This document shows, one piece after another, positions 1 to 9,245 of a stretch of 32,000 nt of DNA (its first letter is position 1; each line of letters begins with the position of its first letter). Both the position numbers and the translations under genes were made by a program. The notes under the pieces are model-generated. The model was not told the origin of the DNA. It saw only the letters and a program-made list of their open reading frames with translations, and ran no database searches. The DNA comes from Desulfobulbus propionicus DSM 2032 (GTDB lineage: Bacteria; Desulfobacterota; Desulfobulbia; Desulfobulbales; Desulfobulbaceae). Location: contig NC_014972.1 in assembly GCF_000186885.1 (NCBI RefSeq), positions 3,450,001 to 3,482,000 of the forward strand, written 5' to 3'.

Positions 1-1
1 G

Positions 2-745
2 AAAACGTATCGAATTTGTACCGAAACCAGGGTGGCCGGGATGACGGCCACGACAAACGGAATCGAGGTCACGCTCGCGGGCAAGACCGATGCCGCCGAG
101 CTGTTCGACGCCGTGCTGGTGGCCGTGGGCAGGAGACCGAATACAGAAAATTTTGGCCGGGAGGCTCTGGGAATCGACCTCGATGGCCGGGGCTTCATCC
201 CGGTCGACGACCGTCAACGGACCGCCGTGCCCCACGTGTACGCCGTGGGCGATGTGGTCGGCGACCCCATGCTGGCGCACAAGGCCGCCCATCAGGGCAA
301 GGTAGCGGCGGAGGTCATCGCCGGCCACGCCTCGGTGTTCGCCCCACGGGCCATTCCCTCGGTGGCCTATACCTCGCCCGAAATCGCCTGGATGGGCCTG
401 AGCGAAAAGGAGGCCGCCCAACAGGGCCTTGCCGTGGACAAGGGCAAATTCCCCTGGGGGGCCAGCGGTCGGGCGTTGAGCGCTGGGGCGGGCACCGGAG
501 TGAGCAAGATCCTGTGCGACCCGGATAGCGGCCGCCTCCTTGGTGCCGGCATCTGCGGCCAGAACGCCGGCGAGCTGATCCATGAGGCGGTGCTGGCCCT
601 GGAGATGGGCGCCACGGCCGAGGACATCGGCCTGACCGTTCATGCCCACCCGACCCTGGCCGAAACCCTGGCCTTTGCCGCCGAGATGGTCACCGGGTCG
701 ATCACCGATGTGCTGCCACCGAAAAAGCCGGCCAGGACAAGATAA
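2..745 (+). CDS. lpd: Dihydrolipoyl dehydrogenase (E3), C-terminal ~247 aa; 5' end outside window
   Basis: The frame is open from the window edge. It carries the pyridine-nucleotide disulfide oxidoreductase motifs VYAVGDV..MLAHKA and the C-terminal interface/active-site motif HAHPTLAE. Stop TAA at 743-745. Confidence 0.9.
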   Translation, partial: KTYRICTETRVAGMTATTNGIEVTLAGKTDAAELFDAVLVAVGRRPNTENFGREALGIDLDGRGFIPVDDRQRTAVPHVYAVGDVVGDPMLAHKAAHQGKVAAEVIAGHASVFAPRAIPSVAYTSPEIAWMGLSEKEAAQQGLAVDKGKFPWGASGRALSAGAGTGVSKILCDPDSGRLLGAGICGQNAGELIHEAVLALEMGATAEDIGLTVHAHPTLAETLAFAAEMVTGSITDVLPPKKPARTR

Positions 746-757
746 CGGAGGCCGCGC

Positions 758-1756
758 ATGCATCTGACCCTTGAGAATCCGTTGGACATGCACCTGCACC
801 TGCGCGAGCGGGAGATGCTCGCCCTGGTCGCCCCCTGTAGCGCCGCCCAGTTCGCCGGCGGCGTGATCATGCCCAACTTGGTGCAACCGGTGGACAGTCT
901 GGAGCGATTGCGCGCCTACCGCGCCGCGATCCTCGACGCCTGCGCCGGCGAACCGTTCACCCCCTACATGACCCTGTTCTTCCGCTCTTACCACCGGGAA
1001 GAATTGCTGGCCGCCAGGGACGAGATCATCGGCCTTAAACTCTACCCGGCCGGGATCACCACCCAGAGCGAGTCCGGGGTGCGGGATTTCGACCGCATCG
1101 GCGACACCGTGGCCCTGCTGGAAGATCTGGACATCCCCCTGCTGGTGCATGGCGAGACGGATGGTTTCGTCATGGAGCGGGAACGGGAATTCTTGCGCGT
1201 GTATCAGTGGCTGGCCGAAACCTTTCCCCGACTGCGGCTGGTGATGGAGCACATCACCACCGCCGAGGCAGTCGAATTGCTCGACCGGTACGACAACGTC
1301 GGCGCCACCGTCACCCTGCACCACCTGCTGATCACCCTGGACGACGTGGTCGGCGGACTGCTGCAACCGGATCTGTTCTGCAAACCGATCGCCAAGACCC
1401 CGCGGGACCGCGAGGCCCTGCGCCAGGCTGTTCTTGCCGGTCACCCCCGGCTGATGTTCGGGTCGGATTCGGCGCCGCATCCCCGCCACAAGAAAGAATG
1501 CTGCGGCTGCGCCGCCGGAGTCTTTTCCGCGCCGGTACTCCTGCCCGCCCTGGCCCAGCTGTTCGAGGAGGCCGATTGCCTGGAGCGGTTGGCCGATTTC
1601 GTCAGCCACCATGCACGGCGATTTTACCGGCTCAGGCCGCCGCACAAACAGGTGCATCTGGTGCGTGCCCCCTGGACGGTGATGGAACAATATGAAACAC
1701 TTCGGCCGTTTCTCGCTGGTCAGACCTTGCGCTGGCGAGTGGAAAAGCGACCGTAA
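758..1756 (+). CDS. pyrC: Dihydroorotase, homodimeric (E. coli PyrC-like) type
   Basis: 332 aa. N-terminal metal motif DMHLHLRE; also VMPNL, LKLYPAG.TT.S, PLLVHGE, FGSDSAPH and a C-terminal FLAGQTLRW. By eye it is colinear with E. coli PyrC. GGAGG lies 7 nt upstream of the ATG. Confidence 0.92.
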   Translation: MHLTLENPLDMHLHLREREMLALVAPCSAAQFAGGVIMPNLVQPVDSLERLRAYRAAILDACAGEPFTPYMTLFFRSYHREELLAARDEIIGLKLYPAGITTQSESGVRDFDRIGDTVALLEDLDIPLLVHGETDGFVMEREREFLRVYQWLAETFPRLRLVMEHITTAEAVELLDRYDNVGATVTLHHLLITLDDVVGGLLQPDLFCKPIAKTPRDREALRQAVLAGHPRLMFGSDSAPHPRHKKECCGCAAGVFSAPVLLPALAQLFEEADCLERLADFVSHHARRFYRLRPPHKQVHLVRAPWTVMEQYETLRPFLAGQTLRWRVEKRP

Positions 1757-1789
1757 ACAGTCGGTAATGATTGAAAGAACGGCATAAAG

Positions 1790-2158
1790 ATGGTATCGAA
1801 CAACCCGCGAAACACTGTTTCAGTCTATTCCACCGAACACGGACGCCTGTGCCCCGAATGCAGCCGCCCGGTCGGCGCCTGCACTTGCGCGACCCGATCC
1901 TCGACCGTTCCCCGGGGCGATGGCATCGTCCGGGTGGGCCGCCAGACCAAGGGCCGCAAGGGAAGCGGCGTCACCACGGTCAGCGGATTACCGCTCGCCC
2001 CTGATCGCTTGCGCGACCTGGCCGGCCAATTGAAAAAAAAATGCGGCGCCGGTGGCGCCGTCAAAGACGGTGTGATCGAAATTCAGGGCGAACACCGCGA
2101 CCTGTTGGTGGCGGAACTCACCCGCCTGGGCTACACCGTCAAACGTGCGGGAGGGTAA
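1790..2158 (+). CDS. yciH: SUI1/eIF1-family translation initiation inhibitor YciH
   Basis: 122 aa. VRVGRQTKGRKGSGVTTVSGL, LKKKCGAGGAVKDGVIEIQGEHRD and the C-terminal KRAGG match E. coli YciH by eye. The N-terminus has a CxxC..CxC motif. Confidence 0.85.
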   Translation: MVSNNPRNTVSVYSTEHGRLCPECSRPVGACTCATRSSTVPRGDGIVRVGRQTKGRKGSGVTTVSGLPLAPDRLRDLAGQLKKKCGAGGAVKDGVIEIQGEHRDLLVAELTRLGYTVKRAGG

Positions 2159-2300
2159 TGCCCCGCGCGTCCTGTCTTGAAAACCGCCGCCCGATCGGGC
2201 TGTTCCCCTCGGAAAGCGGCATATCCATGTCCACGGACAGCTCTGGCCACGGCAACGCCGGACGGTCCGTCACAGTTTTTTCAACCCAGGAGATTCCACG

Positions 2301-3926
2301 ATGCCCCAATCCTATCCGCAAGCCTTTGCCCGCAACTTCCTCGGCAATGCGCCCCTCTGGTACAAACTGACCATCCTGTTGTTTCTGGTGGCCAATCCCT
2401 TCCTGCTCAAGTTCTATGGACCGTTCATTGCCGGTTGGGTACTGATCGGCGAATTCATCTTCACCCTGGCCATGGCCCTGAAATGCTACCCCCTGCCAGC
2501 GGGCGGCCTGCTGGCAGCAGAGGCGGTGTTCATCGGCATGACCAAACCGGAAACCGTCTACCACGAGGCGCTCAATAACTTCGAGGTCATCCTGCTGTTG
2601 ATCTTCATGGTGGCAGGCATCTATTTCATGAAGGATTTCCTCCGCTTCACCTTCACCCGCATCCTGGTCAAGGTACAGTCGAAGTACAAAATTTCCCTGC
2701 TGTTCTGTTTTGCCGGCGCCTTTCTTTCCGCCTTCCTCGACGCCCTCACCGTCACCGCGGTCATCATCGCCGTGGCCTACGGCTTCTACGACATCTATCA
2801 CCGCTATGTGTCCGGCAAGGACGGCAGTGCCGGCGTCCATGACCTGACCAGCGACCTGGCTCTCAAGGAAACCGAACAGCAGGAACTCAAGCAGTTCCGG
2901 GGTTTTCTCCGCAACCTGATGATGCACGGCGCGGTGGGCACGGCGCTCGGCGGGGTCTGCACCCTGGTGGGCGAACCGCAGAACCTGCTGATCGGCAGCG
3001 AGATGGGCTGGCACTTCATGGATTTCTTCATCAAGGTCGCCCCGGTGTCCCTGCCGGTCCTGCTGGTGGGTTTGGCCACCTGCTACTATGTGGAAAAGAA
3101 AAAGTGGTTCACCTACGGTTTTGAACTGCCCGGCAACATCCGCTCTCATCTGCTGGAAACCGAAACCAAGATGGAGGCCAAACGCGGCTTCAAGGGCAAG
3201 CTGCAGCTGGCCTTCCAGGCCCTGGCCGGCATCTGGCTGATTATCGCCCTGGCCTTCCACCTGGCCGCCGTCGGCCTCATCGGCCTGTCGGTCATCGTCT
3301 TTCTCACCGCGCTCAACGGCATCACCGAGGAACATCAGATCGGCCGCGCCTTCGAGGAGGCGCTGCCCTTCACCGCCCTGCTGGTGGTGTTCTTCGCCAT
3401 TGTTGCTGTCATCCATGACCAGCACCTGTTCGCGCCGGTGATCAACTACGTGCTCAGCCTCCAGGGGCATTCCCAGCTGGCCGCCTACTACATCGCCAAC
3501 GGCCTGCTCTCGGCCATCTCCGACAACGTGTTCGTGGCCACGGTCTACATCTCGGAAACCAAGATGCACTTTGTCAACATGCTGGGCGCTCTTCCGGATA
3601 TCGGCATGACCGGCGAACAGCTGATGGATAAGCTCACCGACCCGAACATCGCCCGCCAGGAAGTGCTGGCCGGTCTGCCCCAGGCGGCGGCCGAGCAGGC
3701 AGACGCCCTGATGCACCAGTTGGACAAGCTGGCGGTGGCCATCAACACCGGCACCAACATCCCCAGCGTCGCCACCCCCAACGGTCAGGCCGCCTTCCTC
3801 TTCCTCCTGACCTCGGCCCTGGCCCCGGTCATCCGCTTGTCCTACGGCCGCATGGTGCTGCTCGCCCTGCCCTACACCATCACCATGTCTCTCGCCGGCC
3901 TGCTGGCCACCTACCTGTTCCTGTAA
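2301..3926 (+). CDS. nhaB: Na+/H+ antiporter NhaB
   Basis: 541 aa polytopic membrane protein. N-terminus [26 protein letters not shown]...[21 protein letters not shown] and [11 protein letters not shown] match E. coli NhaB by eye. AGGAG lies 8 nt upstream of the ATG. Confidence 0.92.
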   Translation: MPQSYPQAFARNFLGNAPLWYKLTILLFLVANPFLLKFYGPFIAGWVLIGEFIFTLAMALKCYPLPAGGLLAAEAVFIGMTKPETVYHEALNNFEVILLLIFMVAGIYFMKDFLRFTFTRILVKVQSKYKISLLFCFAGAFLSAFLDALTVTAVIIAVAYGFYDIYHRYVSGKDGSAGVHDLTSDLALKETEQQELKQFRGFLRNLMMHGAVGTALGGVCTLVGEPQNLLIGSEMGWHFMDFFIKVAPVSLPVLLVGLATCYYVEKKKWFTYGFELPGNIRSHLLETETKMEAKRGFKGKLQLAFQALAGIWLIIALAFHLAAVGLIGLSVIVFLTALNGITEEHQIGRAFEEALPFTALLVVFFAIVAVIHDQHLFAPVINYVLSLQGHSQLAAYYIANGLLSAISDNVFVATVYISETKMHFVNMLGALPDIGMTGEQLMDKLTDPNIARQEVLAGLPQAAAEQADALMHQLDKLAVAINTGTNIPSVATPNGQAAFLFLLTSALAPVIRLSYGRMVLLALPYTITMSLAGLLATYLFL

Positions 3927-3942
3927 CAGCGGCACACACGGA

Positions 3943-3981
3943 CACACAAGCCCTTGCCCACGCGGGCCAAGGGCTTGTGTG
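3943..3981 (+). terminator. Strong hairpin 17 nt after the nhaB stop (terminator-like, no U tract)
   Basis: CACACAAGCCCTTGCCC / GGG(C)CAAGGGCTTGTGTG: 17 bp with one bulged C and loop ACGC. No T run follows on either strand, so the terminator function is inferred from position only. Confidence 0.45.
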
Positions 3982-4320
3982 GGCCCATCGAAAAATCGTC
4001 CCGTTGCACAGTCCGCCGCGCCAGGAAGTCGACCCGCGACGGGCCAACAGGCGGCCAACTTCCCCGTTTCTTGGCCATCGCCAGTCGATCGAAACGGCGG
4101 GCTCCATTCCATTCTGGCAACAGACGCGACCGCCCTGCCCCGAAAACCGGAGGACGCCAGGGGCACTTGACTTCCCCCTGACCGGGGAGAGGTCGCACGA
4201 TCTTGCTTGCCAGACAATGGCCTCCTGGGAATGGCCGATGAGCCCAACCTGGAGGATGCTGGGCGCCAGCGGATGAACCCTCCCGTTGGCCAACAAATTG
4301 AACGGTTCTTTTTTCATGCC

Positions 4321-4350
4321 TTGATTTTCTTTCAATCCTTATGCGATAAT
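4321..4350 (+). promoter_or_regulatory. Putative sigma70-type promoter for the Zn-ribbon protein gene
   Basis: TTGATT (4321-4326), 18-nt spacer, GATAAT (4345-4350). It sits in a locally AT-richer stretch about 65 nt upstream of the ATG at 4417. Confidence 0.45.
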
Positions 4351-4416
4351 GGGCCACAGTAAGGCTCCCACCCATCCGCCAGATACGCGGTCATTCCTTT
4401 TAACAAGGCGAAAACA

Positions 4417-5166
4417 ATGCGTTGCCCAAAATGCGGTTACATCTCCTTTGACCATCTGGAATCGTGCAAGAAATGCAAAAAATTTTTTGGCCCCTTGGCC
4501 ACGGAACTGAACGGCACCATCCATGATGCTATCGCGCCTTCTTTTTTGAACTTTTCCACCGGTCCGTCTTCCCCTTCGTCTCCGCCGGTGGTGCAATCCC
4601 TTGAGATCGCCGGGGATGGGCAGGAAAAGGAACCGCAACAGCCGCTGCGAGAAGGGATAGATACCGAGTTTATTCTTGGGGATGAACCGATCGTCCCGCA
4701 ACAGCAAGACATCTTCCTCACCGACACCAGGCAGGAACTAACGGTGGACTTGGATGATTTCGAGGAGGTGTCCCCGGTCGCCGAATATACACTCGATCTG
4801 GACAAGGAATCCAAAGACATCGAGGATGCATTGCCGACCTTGGATTTTGGCGATCTCGACATTTCCGACTTGGCTCCTCCAGCCAAACGTCCTGCTGAGG
4901 CTGCACCCGACGAGGAAGCGTTGGTTCTCACCACCGAAACCGTGGCAGCCTCTTCCGCGCCTCCCGTTTCGCCCCAAGACGACTTGCCCCGAAAATCATC
5001 AGGGCTCGAAGACCTGCATTTCAATGGGCTTGACCTGGAAGCGCCGGCCAAGATCGTAAGCGGCAGCGCGGCCGGAAAACGCTATCTGCCGTCAGTGAAG
5101 ACCGGAACCGCTCTTGATAATTTTGACATCGATCTGGGCGATCTTTTCGGGGAAAAGAAAAAATAA
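4417..5166 (+). CDS. Hypothetical protein: N-terminal CxxC..CxxC zinc ribbon plus long acidic low-complexity tail
   Basis: 249 aa. MRCPKCGYISFDHLESCKKCKKFF is followed by a P/S/E/D-rich region with repeated acidic-hydrophobic motifs and a KKK C-terminus. It is the only long ORF here with a plausible promoter. I recognise no family. Confidence 0.6.
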   Translation: MRCPKCGYISFDHLESCKKCKKFFGPLATELNGTIHDAIAPSFLNFSTGPSSPSSPPVVQSLEIAGDGQEKEPQQPLREGIDTEFILGDEPIVPQQQDIFLTDTRQELTVDLDDFEEVSPVAEYTLDLDKESKDIEDALPTLDFGDLDISDLAPPAKRPAEAAPDEEALVLTTETVAASSAPPVSPQDDLPRKSSGLEDLHFNGLDLEAPAKIVSGSAAGKRYLPSVKTGTALDNFDIDLGDLFGEKKK

Positions 5167-5173
5167 AAAAAGA

Positions 5174-5200
5174 TTGACAACAGCCCTGTTTTTTTATTAA
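5174..5200 (+). promoter_or_regulatory. Putative promoter for tRNA-Phe
   Basis: TTGACA (5174-5179), 15-nt spacer, TATTAA (5195-5200), ending about 25 nt upstream of the mature tRNA 5' end. The spacer is short, so confidence is modest. Confidence 0.35.
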
Positions 5201-5224
5201 AAGACTGATTCTGTAAGTGCGTGC

Positions 5225-5300
<76 letters not shown>

Positions 5301-5308
5301 AAAATTCA

Positions 5309-5345
5309 AGAGGTTAGGCTCACACAGCCTAACCTCTTTTTTTTT
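5309..5345 (+). terminator. Rho-independent terminator after tRNA-Phe
   Basis: Perfect 12-bp stem AGAGGTTAGGCT / AGCCTAACCTCT with loop CACAC, followed by T8 (5338-5345). On the minus strand a weaker TGAATTTTT follows the stem. It may therefore also serve the convergent kinase gene. Confidence 0.85.
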
Positions 5346-5614
5346 CGGGTTATACCAGCGCAGGTTTGAACCGAAAAATATGCCCGTGGGGCATAAAAGC
5401 TCCACCCGCCGATCCACCTATTGGACGCCGTTACAGCTAACGGTGGTTTGATTGCCGCTTATCCCTTTCCCCGCTTCCGTTCTTCTTGTTCAGCCTGCTC
5501 TTTGCACCTGTCTTTTTCCCCCGATTCCGGATCCCCCGTTGTTCGCCACTCGAACCATCCTCCCCCCGTGCCGCTTGAACATCTCCGAAGGGAAAAAATT
5601 GCCCAAGGCGGCCA

Positions 5615-8600
5615 TCAGTCCAAGGGAAGCGGCTGCTTCTCGCCATTGAGCATCACGCGAGCAAGCGTTTCCTTTAATTTCGCAAACCGGTACGGTTTTT
5701 CGAGGAACGCCTGCGGCATGTCGTCGTGGTCCCCTTCCATGACCTGCGACTCGCTGTAGCCGCTGGCCAGGATGACCGGCAGCTCGGGAGACCGGCGCCG
5801 CAGGGCGGCCAGGGTTTCCCAGCCGTTCATCCGCGGCATGATCACATCACACAGGACAACGGTGATCTGGCCCGCATGACGCTCGAACATGTCCACCGCC
5901 TGCTCCCCATTTTCCGCCTCCAGCACGGTGTAGCCAAACGACTGGAGCATGCGGGCGACCAGCCTGCGCGATACCGGTTCGTCATCGACGATGAGAATCG
6001 TTCCGCTGCCCACCGCCTCCGGAAGCGGAAGTTCCGGCAGGGGCGCTGTCGGGGTCGCCGCCGTATCCACGGGCAGGAACACGCGAAACGTGCTGCCCTG
6101 GGCGGGACCACTCTCCACGGCCACCACCCCTTTGTGCGCGCGGGCAATACCGAGCACGACCGCCAATCCCATACCCCGGCCGGTGAACTTGCTGGTAAAA
6201 AATGGATCAAAAAGGCGGTCGATATCCGCTTCCACAATGCCCGAACCGGTGTCTGTTACCTCAATGCAGGCGTATGGCTGAGCCGGCGGCTGACAATCGA
6301 TGGGGTAGCGATGCCTGGCCGGTATCGCGGCTTCGGTCACCGTTTTAATGGTCAGTGTCACCACCCCGCGGTCGTTGGCGCAGGCTTCCCACGCGTTGGT
6401 GATCAGATTGACGAGAAGCTGTTGGATCTGATTTTCCACGGCCTTGATCATTGGCCCCGATTGCGGCGCGTTCAGACGGAATTCCATGCTGCTGGGCATG
6501 CCAGCCAGCAGCATGGGCTGAGAGTTTCGGCATGTCCTGGCCAGGTCCAGCTGTTCATAGGTGCCGGGGGTCTGGCCAAGATAGGTCAGCAGCAGCTTGC
6601 TGACCGCCGAGGCCTTGCCCGCGGCGCGAAGGGCTGTATGCACGTAGGTCCTGATTTCCTCGTACCGCGCCGGGTCGTCCAGCCCGCCGAGGGTCATTTC
6701 CAGGCTCATCATCACCGCTTGCAACTGATTGTTGAAATGATGCGCGATCGCACCGGCCATCCGGCCCAGGCTTTCCGATTTCTGCAGCTGCCGGTTTTGC
6801 GCTTCCAGCCGTTCCCGTTCCGCCTCGGCCCGTTGGCGTTCGGTGACGTCATAAATGATGGCGAAGTTGATCAGCTGGTCTTGAAAGCAGATCGGCGCGG
6901 CATGGACATCGACGGTCCGAACGATGCCGTCTGCCAGACGATGATTGACGGTGAAGTTAGACAGAGTCCGATCCTGGATCTGCTGGCGCACGGCGGCCGT
7001 CTCTTCGCGCGACTGGCAGTTGATCTGGTCGATGGTCATCGTTCGCAGGGTGTCCCGCGCATAGCCGTAAAACGCGGCGGCGGCCTTGTTGGCGTCCAAA
7101 ATGCGGCCGCTGTCCGGATCAATGAGGAGCATGATGGCGCTGTGCTGCTCGAACATCAACCGGAAGCGGGCCTCACTGGTCTGCAACGCCTGCTCCATCT
7201 TTTTTCGGCCGGTGATGTCAAACAGGGATAGAACCAGGCCGATGACCTCGCCACGCTCATTCTTGACCGGCGAGAGTGCCCAGTCCCACCAGGTCAGGCC
7301 CCGTTCGGGCTGATCCGGATACTCGAAGGGCTTATCCCGCGCCTCGAAGGCTTCACCGGTTTCTCGGACCTGTTTGAAAATGGCCTCGTTCTCGGCATCC
7401 GGATAGAGGTCGAAATGGTTCTTACCGATCATTTCTTGCGGAGGATATCCGCAGGACGCGGCAAACGCCACGTTGACGCGGACAAACTTGAAATCGCGAT
7501 CGAGATACGCCAGGTGCGAATTCCTTGTCCCGTCCATGACCGACTGCAACAGGTTGCGTTCCCGAAGCAGCGCCTCCTCGGCACGCCGCCGTTCCGTGAT
7601 ATCCTGGGCAAGCGAGGCCGCGCCGATGAAATTGCCCCGACCGTCCACCAGCGGCGTGTTGCTCCACTCGCACTCGATGATCCTGCCATCCTTGGTGAGG
7701 TTTTGGTTGGTGCTCCGTTGACCGCCGCTCTCGGACCGTACTTTTTGGAACACGGTTTTTACCTGCTCCCGGGCGCTGTCGGGAATGATGAAGGAAGCAT
7801 CGCGGCCGAACGCCTCCTCGGCGGTGTAGCCGAAAATTTCCTCGGCCGAATGGTTCCAGGCGGTCACCCTGAAGGATTCATCCCATTCGATCACCGCAAG
7901 CGGCGTCTGCTGCACATGCAGGGCGAGTTTCTGCTGCGCCGCCACCCGCCGCGCCATCTGCTCGGCGATAACCTGGGCTTGCCGGCGGGCCCGCCCTTGC
8001 ATGAACACCAGGGTACTCAGCAAACAGCTCAGGAGGACGCCGCCAAACAGCATGAACAACGACTTTTCATGACTGAACTCGGCGTCGAATGAGGGCCGGG
8101 ACGTGAAAAGGAAATGCCAGCTGGCCCCATAGGCCTCGATTGTCCGGGCGACGGAAAACCTTGGTGCGTAATCTGCGGGGGTCATGCGCTCCCTGGTCTG
8201 CCTGCTGCTGAACAACAGACGCTCCGGTTGGGCGCTCTGACCGGAATAGAGGTCGAAATCCACCTCGGCCGGCATGTTGACGAGCGCGGCCCGGACGAAA
8301 TCGTGCATGCGGATCGGGCTGTAGACGAACCCGCGCAACGCGGCCTGGCGTTGCGCGACCGTCTCGGTCGGCATGCCCCGTCGGTACGAGGGCAGGTACA
8401 TCAGTATGCCACCTTGGGAATTCGCCTCGCCGGCTTCCTGGACCAGGACAATCTTGCCGCTGATACTGGTCTTGCCCGTGTTGCGCGCCCGCTCCATGGC
8501 TGCCCGCCGGACCGGCTCGGAATACATGTCGTAACCAAAGGCGCGCCGGTTCAATTCGTTGAAGGGCTCCAGCCAGACAATGGCGGTGTAGACCGGCCGT

Positions 8601-9106
8601 TCGCCTTCCGGCGTGATGGTATATCCGGGAAATCCCTCGGCCTGGATGGCCTGGATGTGCGTCGTTCTCTGTTCGGGGGCAATCCAGGCGGCGTAGCCAA
8701 AGCCGAGAATGCCGGGATTATGGATATCCGGCTGAAGTGACGAGGCGTACAGGTGCCATTGTTCCCGGGTCAAGGCCTCGCCGTGAACGCTGAACAGGGC
8801 ATTGCCGCCAAGGAGCACATTTTCATTGTCTTTCAGGCGGCTGAGGAGCCGGCCGGTGATTTCTTCGATCTGGCCGCCGAAGCTGAATTCCGCGCGGTCT
8901 CGTGCCCCCTGCTCCACGAGGTGCCAGAGGAGCATTGTGGCGACGAGCGAAACGATCAGCACCACAAGGGGGACCACCAGCACGGATATCGCGGCAAAGG
9001 GAGCGCTTTTTTTGGCGGGGGCTACAGGATCTTGCATGAACAAGGTCTCCATGACGAGAAGTTCATTCGACCAGCGCTCGCCCGCTGCAGAATGAAAGGG
9101 AGTCAT
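5615..9106 (-). CDS. Hybrid sensor histidine kinase/response regulator with periplasmic CHASE-like domain and multiple PAS domains
   Basis: 1163 aa. TM helix (FAAISVLVVPLVVLIVSLVATMLLW), CHASE-like region (GFGYAAWI, AFGYDMYSEP), second TM, then 3-4 PAS/PAC repeats. H box AIAHHFNNQLQ; HATPase boxes NLITNAWEA, DTGSGI, GRGMGLAVV. Receiver ILIVDDEP...LCDVIMPRMNG. The start is ambiguous: in-frame ATGs at 9106, 9052 and 9037. Confidence 0.9.
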   Translation of the reverse strand: MTPFHSAAGERWSNELLVMETLFMQDPVAPAKKSAPFAAISVLVVPLVVLIVSLVATMLLWHLVEQGARDRAEFSFGGQIEEITGRLLSRLKDNENVLLGGNALFSVHGEALTREQWHLYASSLQPDIHNPGILGFGYAAWIAPEQRTTHIQAIQAEGFPGYTITPEGERPVYTAIVWLEPFNELNRRAFGYDMYSEPVRRAAMERARNTGKTSISGKIVLVQEAGEANSQGGILMYLPSYRRGMPTETVAQRQAALRGFVYSPIRMHDFVRAALVNMPAEVDFDLYSGQSAQPERLLFSSRQTRERMTPADYAPRFSVARTIEAYGASWHFLFTSRPSFDAEFSHEKSLFMLFGGVLLSCLLSTLVFMQGRARRQAQVIAEQMARRVAAQQKLALHVQQTPLAVIEWDESFRVTAWNHSAEEIFGYTAEEAFGRDASFIIPDSAREQVKTVFQKVRSESGGQRSTNQNLTKDGRIIECEWSNTPLVDGRGNFIGAASLAQDITERRRAEEALLRERNLLQSVMDGTRNSHLAYLDRDFKFVRVNVAFAASCGYPPQEMIGKNHFDLYPDAENEAIFKQVRETGEAFEARDKPFEYPDQPERGLTWWDWALSPVKNERGEVIGLVLSLFDITGRKKMEQALQTSEARFRLMFEQHSAIMLLIDPDSGRILDANKAAAAFYGYARDTLRTMTIDQINCQSREETAAVRQQIQDRTLSNFTVNHRLADGIVRTVDVHAAPICFQDQLINFAIIYDVTERQRAEAERERLEAQNRQLQKSESLGRMAGAIAHHFNNQLQAVMMSLEMTLGGLDDPARYEEIRTYVHTALRAAGKASAVSKLLLTYLGQTPGTYEQLDLARTCRNSQPMLLAGMPSSMEFRLNAPQSGPMIKAVENQIQQLLVNLITNAWEACANDRGVVTLTIKTVTEAAIPARHRYPIDCQPPAQPYACIEVTDTGSGIVEADIDRLFDPFFTSKFTGRGMGLAVVLGIARAHKGVVAVESGPAQGSTFRVFLPVDTAATPTAPLPELPLPEAVGSGTILIVDDEPVSRRLVARMLQSFGYTVLEAENGEQAVDMFERHAGQITVVLCDVIMPRMNGWETLAALRRRSPELPVILASGYSESQVMEGDHDDMPQAFLEKPYRFAKLKETLARVMLNGEKQPLPLD

Positions 9107-9245
9107 GACATGAGAGGGGCGGCAGGGGATGGGACATGGGCTTGGCGCCGGTCAGGAACACGCTCGCGGCAGCCCTGCACCGCGCGCTGGACTCGGGGAC
9201 CGTCTCCCCGGCGGCGAACAGGCCCCCCTTTTGCCGCCACAGCGC

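Noticed and set aside
2033-2041. A9 homopolymer inside yciH as a possible slippage or phase-variation site
   Set aside because: It encodes the conserved LKKKCG motif of SUI1/YciH proteins and the frame is intact. There is no evidence of variation.
2139-4247. 702-aa ORF on the minus strand covering all of nhaB
   Set aside because: It is antisense to a confidently identified NhaB gene. The translation is a G/Q/E/D/H/R-rich low-complexity string with no motifs and no SD. This is a typical stop-poor antisense frame in high-GC DNA.
3880-4335. 151-aa minus-strand ORF (MKENQGMKKEPF...) in the nhaB downstream spacer
   Set aside because: W/R/G-rich. It runs through the 17-bp hairpin and into the nhaB 3' end and has a poor SD. 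I kept it only as a caveat to the ncRNA idea.
5726-8740. Plus-strand ORFs of 501, 225 and 208 aa within the CHASE kinase locus
   Set aside because: All are antisense to the kinase gene, R/G/P-rich, and lack recognisable domains and ribosome-binding sites.
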